64,000 nt of DNA. Origin: a virus. Taxonomy: Duplodnaviria; Caudoviricetes. This document shows positions 37,801-49,800 of this stretch, piece after piece (the stretch's first letter is position 1; each line of letters opens with the position of its first letter). The notes below the pieces were generated by a model. The model had not been told where the DNA came from. It did no database searches and saw nothing but the letters and a program-made list of their open reading frames with translations. The position numbers and the translations under genes are program-made. The stretch covers positions 14,508 to 78,507 of IMG/VR virus record IMGVR_UViG_3300032321_001056; one strand, written 5' to 3'.

Positions 37801-40800
37801 ACCACCCTTCAACTGGAGCTTCATAATTTCTTAATGTATTACCTAAAGAATCTAACCCACCTTGCTTCCAGCTTCCTCCAAACGCTTTTAAGTAATCTCC
37901 AGCAACAGGGCTTATTTTACTTATTCCTTTTCCTAGAGAAGAAAGGGCTTTTGATTTTGTATATGAAACACCAGCTTTGATAAGACCTGGAATTTCTGCG
38001 GCATCCATACCAGCGAGACCAAGCCTGTTCATAGCTACATCGCCCATACCTCTCAGAGCAGGCGTGCCATATTTTGCAAGAGCAGGCATTATAAATCTTT
38101 CACCTATGGCACCTGCACCTGCCCCCAAGCCATACATCGCTCCTTGCAGTAACATATTCTTTCCAATATCAAGCGGCTGGAAGCCTTTCTTCTTGTCAAA
38201 CGCTTGTTCAACTAATGAACCAATTCCTCCGCCAGCTGCAGAGCCAGCCATACCAGCAGCGACCATTGCAGCGGGACCGCCTGGAGTTGCAAGTATAGCC
38301 GCAAGAGTTCCTCCAGCAATTGCAAATGAATTCTTTGGTCTTAATATTTCTTTACCTATATTGAAAGCACCCTTGCCAACACCAGCGACCTTACCCCAGA
38401 AACTCTTATTCTTCTTTGGAAGCATTGGACCAATAAAACCGCCTTGCTCAAATTTCTTTACTTTTGGTAGTTGTTTTTTAGTTTTATTTAATTTTGATTG
38501 CATTTGCAACCATGCAGTCCACTGAGGATCTGTTCCGCCAGCAATTGGCGGATTTCCCATACGCCATTGAGCATCCATTCTTGTAACAATAGTAGGAGCT
38601 GCTAGATTGTAACCCATGTTGCTGCGCCAGGCGTTAATATCCGCTGGCAATAAGTACCCCTCCCCTTTGTAAGCTGCATCATAACTCATAATTGAATTGA
38701 GCATTTGTGAACTACTGTTACCACCATACTTATTTTTTAAAGAACTTACATATTCATGAGGGTGATCAAACCCTCCAATATGACCGAACTCATGCATAAA
38801 TACTTCCTTATGAAGTGAAGGATCACCCCACATTAAATTTTTACTTCCAGTATTATAAGCCATTGATGCTGTATTTATTTTTCCATCTTTATTAAAAACT
38901 CCACCAGGTAAATGTATACCTGCACTAGTCTGCCCAGCCCACCATTTATTGGGCTGATAAGCAGTGTTTACATCAAGAAGCATTTGATTTCTTCTATTTA
39001 ATTTTGATTTCTCTAATAATGGACCAGCAAATTCAAAAGGAATACCTAAATATGTTGACATTGTAGCCATTGCATCGGATATACCTTGGTGCATGGTGAG
39101 CATCCTTCTATGATCTGTTGAAAATCCATCAGCCTCTTCGTTATGACGATTTGCGGCTATTCTATAAGCAGCATCACCGTCATTTCTTAATAAATCATCA
39201 TCATTCCAATAAAGTGGATTTACATATATTTTCTTTAGCCCTCTGATTATCAAAGCATTATTTGGCTTATAATTAACCATTCCACGAGCAATTTCTTGCT
39301 GAGTGTTTATAGCATCATTAACATATGCCAATTGAGGAGGCATATTGCCTACAAATTGAGGTTCAGGCAGATGAGAGTAATAACTATTACCGCCTATTGA
39401 TTCTTCATGGTCTTTACGAAGCTGATCAATATATATATCAAGAGCTTCAGGAAAATCACCGCCCATTTTTTTCTTGTAATCTTTAATTTGAGTCTTCCAA
39501 GGTTCTTTATTGACATCAAACGCTGGTTTCTTTTCAAAAGTTGTTTGATTTTGATTACCACCCTTACCTTTCTTGCCAAAAAACCAAGACAAAGGATTCA
39601 AATTCTTGAGCTTTGGCAAGCCAAAGCTCTTGAGCCTTGGTAAGCCAAAGCCAGGCTTCAAAAAACCGCCAAGTTTGAATTGTGGAATCATTCCGCCGAG
39701 GTATTTTTTAACACCACTATCTGATCTTGTCCACCTGTTCTTTCCATCCCATACTATGGAAACATCTTCACCTTTCTTTCCGCCCAGTGGGATTCTATCT
39801 GTTGGGTAGTAGCCAAGAATATGGCGATACCGAACAGGAAAGCCAAATGAGCCTACTGGTTCACCTATGTGGTCTTTCCATGTGGTCATTTGCGGTTGTC
39901 TATCTGCTCCGCCTCCTTCATGATGAATCCAAGGCGGATCTGGTTGATTTGTATAACCAGCCCAAGGAGCATCTGGTTCATAACTTCCATCTTGTGGGTA
40001 TCGTTTTTCAGGCGGAATAATTGGAGTTATTCTTCCACGCCTTCTTGAATTTGGGTCTTGTTCTTTAGGAATTTGCCTTCTTGAAGATGGATTGCCTTTT
40101 ACCCTAATTTGATCTTCATAACGATCTGGACTTACATGACCTCTAGACCAAATCCAAGGATCACCAGCTTTTCTCAAAAAACCACCATTTGCAAAACCTA
40201 GAGCCTTATCAAATTTTTTCAATTCATTAAGAGGCTGGAAAAATACCCTATTTTTTCTTACACCTTCATACCCATCCAGGAACTTAGGTTGTCTATAGTA
40301 TTCATATTGGCTATCTGGAATTCCCTTAAAGGCAACCATTTCAGCAATCTTTACTTGATCTTGCCAAGATGGAGTTGCATTTGGATTATTAAAGTTTCCT
40401 ACATCAACACCAGTTTGCTTCTTATAAGCATTGCTATAAATCTGCCATGTTTTTCTTGCAATATTTAATGGACCAACAAATACTCCACGACTTGTTTTTG
40501 TTGTTGCACCGAGCGCATTCATCCAATCAGGACCAGATTCAGATCTAGCTATTGCAGCCCAGTCAAGCATGTGCATTGTTGTTCCAGTTGCTTTACCAGA
40601 CCTGATGTTTACATTTGGAACGGTATAAGATTGACCACTATTATTAGTAAATGTTCTAAGGCTACTGTCATCACTTGGATTAATTGGCTCAGAATCTTTT
40701 GGTCTTCTTCTTACTGCACCGCCACGAGCAAATCCAGGCGCTGTCATATATCCACCGTTTGCAAAACCTGGAGCTGTCATATAACCGCCATTTGCAAACC

Positions 40801-43800
40801 CAGGAGCAGTCATGTATCCGCCAGAAGCAAATCCCCTCCAAGCACCGCCGTTCTTTAGTGAGTTAATTCTTTCAAGGTTTCCTTTTCCAAACTTCTCCAC
40901 AGCTTTGTGGTTGATAATGTATTCACCACCGTGAAGTAACGCAGGAATTCCTTGTGACGCTGGCGCTTCTAAGAAGCCACCACGACCATATTGACCAATA
41001 GACCCACCGTTGTACATTTTTGGCAGAAGCGGTCCGCTACCAGCACCACCGCTAAGGTCTACTGTTGACCCTGGAAGATTAATTCCTGCCATTATCTTTA
41101 TTGCCCAGCCTTGTTCAAAAGGAGTCAAGCCAGATGTAGGGAGAATGGCTTTGATTCCAACCACACCTCTTAATATATTGCTTGCAATTAAGCTAACAAT
41201 TCTTGCAGCAGATGCAGCCATAGCAGTTCTTTGCGCAGGACTGGCAAATCCAGTTTGCATAAGACCAGTAGCTGTTTTTGTCCACTCATCAATTGTTGAT
41301 TGTGGTATTGATGCAATTTCTGGGGCACCGCCAATACCTTGCAAAGCGGAACTTGCTTTTGCCGCTTGAGTTACAATTTGATCAACTAATGGTTTAATTT
41401 CCGCTAGAAGATTACTAAAGCTAGCCAAAATTTTAGGGAATGCAATATCTCTATTTAATTCACCTTTCAGCTTTTCAAACGCATCATTTCCAGCTTTTTG
41501 CCAAATATCAGCAATGTTATTCTTATTACCTTTTTCTGAAAGTGAAGATGTAATTTTTGCAATAGCGTCAACTGCTGGTTGCACATATGTTGTAGCAAAT
41601 GTAGGATTGAAAGCTGCCTTAAACCCTTCCTCGCTCCCAATAGCCATCATTCTTACAGCACCAAGAACTGTTGAAGGGCTAGCTACTTTATTATCTACTC
41701 CAAATTTCTTAGATGCTTCTCTAATCAAATCATCCATATTGGCACTAAACATCTTGATAGATGGATCACGAACTCCAGCGATAATGGCTGGAAGCTCACC
41801 AATGTTTTTAGCAAAAACTTTGGCTAGATCAGACGAAGAAACATTTGCTTGATCCCCAACTTTTTTTAGGGCAGCAGCAAATTCTTCTTGTGTTGCAAAA
41901 CTCTTATTCTTTACATCTTCAATAAACCGATCAAATGAATCAAGGACTTCCTGGAATTGTTTCTCGGCAAGATCTTTTTGATTTGAAATTGCTTGCTTAG
42001 CTAAATCTCTTTGTTCTGACTGGAGCTGAGATAGCCTGTCGGTATCAAGATCTTGAATTTCTTGGTTAGAATTTCTTTGAGCCAATACCTCTTCTCTGTC
42101 AAGCTTTCTAACATCAAACGCACGACCCTCGTAAACCGCCAGTCTTCTCTCTACCAAGTAGTTTCCACGATCAGTCTCTCTCTGATCAATCATCTCTCTA
42201 CGCTTTGTTTCGTAGTCTTTCTTAGCCGTTAATCTTGCTTCAGCATCAGCAAGAGCATCAATACCAGCAATTTGGTCATCATAAGCTTTCAACTGCTGAT
42301 CTTTTTGCTTTTCTAATGCATCAGTATATTGTTGAATAATATTGTCAAATTTAGCATCAACATTTGAATAAAAGTAACCTTTCAAAGTATCTTTTATTTC
42401 TTTCATCTTATCTTTTATACCATTAGCGATCTGACTTCCAAGTGATTCTCCGCCTGATGAGGCAGCATCAGCTGATTGTTTTACATTATATGCTAATGCA
42501 TCTTTATAGCCCTTTGGATCTTTAAGAGCTTGTGTCAATGGTACATTTATACCTTTACCAATTAATTCAAAATACTTTTTAGAAGCAATGTCAAGTTGAC
42601 CAACCATAACTGTATCAAATATTGATTTAATTTTAGGTAATAGATCACCGATACCTTTATCTACATTTGCAGCAAAATCTGATTGAACTTTGTCAGATTC
42701 AGCACTACCACTTGAGCCAGCAGTAGTTTTTTTATTATCAAACTTTCCAGATCTTAGGGCATCCCTTTGCTCTGTTAAGGACATTCCTTTTGTAGTGTAA
42801 TTTTGTCCACCAGGACCATTACGAACATATTTAGATACTGGTGTATCAATTCCATATGTTTGACTTTTAACAACAGCAGCTAAAACATTATTAAGAATTC
42901 CATTTGCCATATCTTTCCCAGCGGCTACTGAAAGCTGAATTAGAGCAACAAACATTTGACCAAATATGTTTAATATACCCTTTGCTATTTCACCAAATAC
43001 TGGTGTTAATGTAATAGATACATTTATGATTCCATCTACTAATTGTTTAAATATATTGATAACATCATAATAGAAGGACCACATTATTGCTTTAATTTTT
43101 TTCATTCCAGATTCAGTGTCACCGCTAGCAAAATTTTTGATAGCAGAACCAAGAAGAATAAACTTGTTAATTATTCTAACAAGCTGAGGCGCTATTGTAT
43201 TTTTCATAAATGCAGCGCCAGTTGTCTTAGCCCAGTTCCGAATGGCTTCTGCGGCTTTCTTTATAAATCCAGTTATTGAGTAGAATAATGCAGCGTTCTT
43301 CTCCCCCTCTGTTGCAAATTGTCCAAGAACTTTGTTTCCACCTGTGAATTGATTAATTACATCTCTAATCGGAGCAAACAATGCTGCAACAGCTTCTTTA
43401 ATAGCAGCAAAAGCATCTTTTAGATTTTGCATTGATGAATCTAAACGACCAGATGCTGATTTCCATGCTCCAAAGAATCCAACAAGAATCGCTATAACTG
43501 GAAGAGCTATGAGCACTGCAGTGCCAACTAGTGCTATTGTACTAGCTAACTTCGTAAACATATTCATCATCTTTTCACCAGCTTTAACTATTCCGCCATC
43601 AAATAGTCCACCAGCAGCAGCGACTGTTTTACGAACTAAACCAGCTGGTGATTTACCTTGTTCTGACCTCAATGTATTCATTGCAGAAATTGCTTTTTTA
43701 GCACCAGAAATTCCATAATCCCCAGATGTAGCAAGATTCTTTATTGCGTTGAAAGCTTTCTTTGCTGGACCAACTAGCGCAGATAGACCGCCAGATAATG

Positions 43801-46800
43801 CAAATAGCCAAACTTTAAATGTTGTTTTTCCTAAAATAGATTGCAATCTTGAGAAATTACCAATCAATTTTCCACTAAGAACTCTATTAGCTTTTTCAAG
43901 TTCAATTTGTGAAACTCTTCCAAACTGGCTTACCTTTTCTATACTCTTCAATACTCCCTTATCATCAAATCTTGCAAAGATTCCTTTAGCTGTCATTCTT
44001 TTTGCAAGACCTGGGAATGTTGAAATACCTTCAGCTGTTGAATCTTGAGTTAGTGCATCTGCAAACTTTCTATTATTAAAGAACTTTCCAAGTAACCCTT
44101 TTCTTCCTGTTTTTGGACTATTAAAACCCAAAGCGCCAGCAGTAGGTGGTGGTAGAAGATTTGTAGCACTTACTGTCTCTGCTGCTGTTACAAGCGCTGC
44201 GGCTGCCTGTTCTCCACCAGCAGCTATTGAAGCAGCTGCTTCTTTTGCGGGGAGTGTTACTTCATCAAAATTTGGAATCATATCTTGCAAGTTTGCATCA
44301 AAGATATTTTCCGAGAAAATGTTTGGACCTTTAAATAAGTGTCCGATCTTATCAATATTTAGAACTTTTCCAGCACCGCCAGTTGCTGATGGTGTTGCAG
44401 GAGTTGGTATTACTGGTGTTGTAGGAGTTGGAATTCTTGGAGGCGGTGCTGTTGGCGCTGTACCTCCAGTTGTTCCAGTTGGTATGATTGAAGATGGTGC
44501 TGTCGGTGCAACAGTAGAAGCAAGTTGCGCAAGCTGGTATTCAGCAACAACATACTTATCCCTTGCAAAAGCAAGATCTTGTAATTGCTTATTGAGCTTA
44601 GCTAAATTCTTTTCTGGTCCCTTTCTCATCGCTGGTGATGTAAATGTATTAAGGAGTTTTTGTTCCCCAGCAATCATCCCTTGAAGTCTTTCAATTTCTT
44701 TTTCAAAATGTGTGACCGTTAATTTCTTAATTTTTGCGGAAGCACCAGAAGCTTTAGCGTCAATACCTAATTGCCTTGCTAATTCTCGCTGAGCGGATTC
44801 CATCATCTTTTCTGCTTGCCTCTTTGTTGCTGGCAATTCTATTCCAGTATTCTTAAAACTCTTAACGGTTGCAGGGGTTGGAGATATAGTAGGCGATGTG
44901 GTTGTTGGCAATTGAGCTGCAGCAACAGGGGTAACTGGAGCTTGTACAACTGGCAGCATCCCAGACAATCTATTTGCAAGTTGATTTCTCAAATCTTCAG
45001 CGGCTTGTTTCATACCAATAGGATCAGACTTAGCCAAGCTCATATCAACTTTCTTAGCAATCTTATTCATTACTTTTTTAGGTGCCTGAACTATGTCATC
45101 AATGCCAGAAAAAGCATTATTAACAATTTGCTCTACTTTCTTTTCAACAACAGCCTTTGCACCTTTAGGAGCATTTTTTGCGGCTCTGGTTCTTGCAGCA
45201 AGTGGTCTCCACCAATCATTGATACCTCTTCTACTAACTTTTGTTGCATCTTGATCAAAAGAACCGCCAAGACCAACAAATCCACCAGACATTGATTGAT
45301 ACACAAGATTTTGTAATGCACCAGTTATCCCCCGACTCGTTCCAAAATTCTCACCTTCCTTAAGTTTTATTAAACTAGAGCCAAACAGTAGTTCTTGAAG
45401 CCCCATTTTTTCTCCGTCAAGACCTTGAGTTTTTTTGCGCAATCTTTCAAAGAAAGCTTTAAGACTTGCTGGAGTGCCGCCCTTAAGACCATCACGACCA
45501 GCGGTACCACCTTTAAATGTCTTTGTTACATCATTAACGACATTATTTACTGACAAGTTTATCATTGACTCAATTTGATCCTGAGTCATTCCTGGAATGT
45601 TCATTGTTGCTGTCAAGAAATTTCTCAGAACATTAGGTAAATGTTTATGTTTTGTTTTAGTTGAAGCCAATCTTCTCATAACTTCAGAAATATGTTTAAC
45701 TTCAGTTTGAGATGTTGAAACAACAGTCAATAATTGTTCTTCCAAGCTATCTGCAAATCTCATAATGATATCGCTTCCAGTAAACTGAGTGTAGTCAAAT
45801 GCGGCACTTAAGCTCTTAGGGAAGCGGAATAAACTCTTAACACGACCAAAAACTCCTGGAGTTTTTGCACTTGCAGCAATTGCTTCAGTTTCAGATGCTG
45901 ATCTCTTGAAAATTTGTTTTATCCCAACGGTTGACAAGAATCTTTGCCCACTTCTTGGGTTAAGTATTCTTTTTGCGTTCAACTGCTGGAATCTTGGGTC
46001 ATTAAAGAAACGAGAACCACTATATTTAAATGTATCTAATGGTAAATTATCTCCAACTGCCTTTTTTTGAGTAGGGATAAAATTCCACATTGGGTTTACA
46101 GGTGCAGCTCTTCTAATTGGAGCAACTGCCTGATTAAATTTTTCCCCAAAGAATCGTGAGCCTTTATATTTTGTCCAAGGAAGATTTATACCTCTTGTTG
46201 CATCTTCAATATCACCTTCAAGTTTTTGCACTGGGGCGTACATTTCCTTTAGACGCTGTTTCAAATTCAATATTGATGTTTGCCTACTGGCTCTTCTCTT
46301 CATTTTACTATCTTTTGAGCTTAATAATTCAGCATTCAACATTTCTCTTTCAGAGGCAATAAATTCTTCATGAGGTGTGAGCTGAGGCATTACTCTTGGC
46401 TTAGGGAGCTTTGCTGTTTCAGCGTCAATCAATCTTTGTATAGCGGCAGGTGATTCATCTAAATTCTGACGCAATCTTCTTAATGAAGCGGTTTTCTGAG
46501 CATTTAAGATATCAATTTCATCTTGAAATGCAATTTTTATTTCTTCCAACTTGGCTAAACCAGCTTTTTCAAGTTTTGCTTTGCCAGTTTTTGTTATTTT
46601 CATTTCTTCAGTAATTATATCTTTAGCATTCTTTAATTCTAAATCTCTTAATCTGACTTGCTCAGCAATAAGATCATCTATCTCGGCTACGCTATTTCTA
46701 GACACTTCTTGAGCTGCTAATAACTCAGTTTCATTTATAGCAAGACTCATATCAACACCATTAGGTGAAATCATAGTTTTATTTCTAGATAAAGCTTTTG

Positions 46801-49800
46801 CTTTTTGTTTTTTTAATGCATCAATTCTTTGTCTTATTGGTGCAGCAACATTTGTTTCAGAAAAATTTGTAGCTGTAGCTTCAGCTACTCTTTCTGCAAT
46901 AATGTATCTTTCTTGCAGAAACAATAATTCATCAAGATTTCTAACAGCAGATGTCCTAGCTCTTCCTGTTGAAGTAGCTATTTTTTTCTTTAAAGATTCA
47001 ATTTCATCTCTTACCTTTATTTCTTCTACTGTTTGACTTCCGATTAATCTTTCATCCCATGTAAGACCTTTTTTAACAGCCTTTTCAGCCCCCTTTGCTG
47101 GCAGACTGCCTACTTCAGCAGCGGCTCTATCTGCAGCTTGAAGCGCAAGAGTTTGATCATTCTGTTTTCCTAAAATAGGATTTTTTACCAATTTAACAAC
47201 TGCTTGACCAGATTTATTTACATCTTCTTCAAAACGAGAAACTTTAGCACGGACATCTCTCATTGCTCTTCTTAAATCATCACCAAATGAAGATATAGGA
47301 CCAGCTTCATGAGCAATAATATCTATTTGATCAGCAATTTCTGGCAGTAATTTATGAATATCAGCAAGGGAATTAACAACTACAGTCTCAGAGCCCCTTA
47401 CAACACCTTTAGTAACTCTTTGAATTGCGACAAAATGATCTTCAACTGCAGCTGCAAGATCTGCTTGTAAAACTTCTTTACCAGAAATAAAATCAGTTAT
47501 AATGCGACCAGAAGCGCCCATCGGTGTTCCACCAAAAGCATTTATTTCCATTTCATTAGCCGCTGCAAGTGCTACATTTCGCATATTATCAATTTGATCT
47601 TGAATTGATTTAGCAACATTGTCAACTAAAGGAGCAAGCTCTGCCTGCCCTGCTGTACCGAAACTTCTTGCATTACGAATTACAGCTGAATTAATAAGTC
47701 TATCATCAATACCTGTTTCTTTAACAGAAACAGTGAATAAACCTTGTTTAGTTTTGTCAAAAATTTGTTTTTTAACTTTATCAAGAGTTTTTTGACTTAC
47801 ACCAAATACGCCATTACCAGATAATGCTTCTGCAAGTATTGGCTCCATTTCTTTTCCAGCTTCTTCATACCATTGTTTTATTTGTGCCAAAGATAGCTCT
47901 ACAGTGTTGCTAATTGATGATACTGCCTTTTCTACTGGATTTTCTGCTGGTCTAAATAATGAGAGAATACTTCTTCTTCTATCGGAAGCTTTTCTTGCAC
48001 CAAATGGCAACGCTGAACCTACAGTGTTAGGTATCTGTATATTCCTAACATCTGCTTGAGCAAATCTTGGATCATTAAAGAAACGGCTCTTCCCTGTTGG
48101 GAACATTGAAGCCCAAGCAGCTTTCGCTTCTGCCATCGGAGACTTTACTGATCCTGGTGCATTTGGTATTGCTAAATTTCTGACATCGGCTTGAGCAAAT
48201 TGTGGAGTAAAGAATCTACTGACACCTGGTGGATAAGTAGTAACTGTTGGTGGTCTTAACCTAGCCTTTCTTGCCTCATTTGCAGCAATAGCTGCTGCGC
48301 TTTCTTCTGCAGTTAGATTGTCAGCGATAGCGCCGCCAGCTCCTCTTGGTGCTCTAGGAGCTTTTGGCGCACTGCCTGGACCTCCAGAGAATCCGCCAAA
48401 TGGAATATTATTTTCAAAATAGTTTGGACCCGCAAACAAGTTTGGTCCTTGAAATTTATGCATTACTGTTGCAAACTTCATTGCAATATCATCAGCAAGA
48501 TTTGCTGTTCCTTTTGATACTCCCTCTTCAGAAGCATTAGCTACTCCAGCAACCATTTGGGCAGTCCCTTGAGCCTGTATGACTTTTAGATCATTCATCA
48601 ATTGATTTGTTTGCGGGACATAAGGCTGAAGCCTCTTCATGTTTACAGCCTTATCTGATCCGTAAATACCTCCACCTGTGATTGCTTCTTTTGCTGGGAG
48701 AGAAATTCCACTAAAGTCATAGGCTTCTTTTAGTTCCTTAGCACCTCTCTTTGATTTAATTAAGAACCCATCCATGTATTGAACAACTCTTTGTTGCCCA
48801 CGCAATAAATTTGGATTCATGATCAAGTCTTGAAGACTTGCAAATTGTAATGTTGTCCCATTTATAATTCTTGATAATTTAACAAACAAACCAATCGTAC
48901 TTCCAAAAGCAGTTTTTAGTGTTGTAAACACCATTCTTAATGGTCCAGATAAAGCAACAACTCCAAGAAGAGCGCTAACTAATTTTGCAATAAATGGATT
49001 GGTTTGCAAAAAAGTTGCAAGCTTTTCAAGAACTGGAAGAAGACCTTTTAAGAAAATGTCAACAACTGGGACAACTGCTCTGCCCAATGACAGCAATGAT
49101 TCTTTTGCTCTGCGGTATCTAACTTCTGGTGTGTCTTGAGATAGTTTCAATTCAGCTTCAAATTGAGTACCAGCTAATTTGTTAACATCAAAAGCTTGAG
49201 CCATTAAAGCTTTACCAACTTCAGTACTCATTCCAGAAATAAAATCTGAATTTTTTGACTTATTTTTTTCCAGTAATGCTTGCGCTTTCAGTTGTCCTTT
49301 TTGAACAGCAAGAGCTTGTGCTGTTAACACATCCTTACCGTCTTTCTGAATAGCCATTCTATGGAGCGTGCTTAGGTCTTCAAACTTTTTAATTGTTATT
49401 TCTTTTTGACCTATAGCACGCAATTCTGCGTTAACAGAATTTTGCAATTGTTTAGCTACGGTATTCTCCATAGTCCCAGTAGTATCCAATTGTTTCTGAA
49501 ATGCATTAAGTTGTGCGATTGCAGTTTCCATTCTTGGACCTTGACGAACACCAAATAACCTGGAGAACAACTCAAGAGCACCTTGTTTTCCCTTTCCGCC
49601 TTTACTTACATCTTTTACAAGATTTCCATATGCATCAGAAAGTTGCTGAATATTATGCATACCAACACCAGCAGAATATTCAAAATCTTTTCCAAGAGCT
49701 TCATGAAGACCAGAAAGTATTTGCGTATTTTGCTTTGTCATTGCAACCATTCTTTGCAATGAAACTTTCATTGAGTTAGCTGAAGCACCAACTTGAAAAC

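Noticed and set aside
37977-38525. 182-aa plus-strand ORF and other plus-strand or off-frame ORFs (e.g. 59214..59648, 44816..45295)
   Set aside because: Shadows of Gly/Ala/Thr-rich minus-strand genes, with no RBS or family motifs; all coherent genes are on the minus strand.
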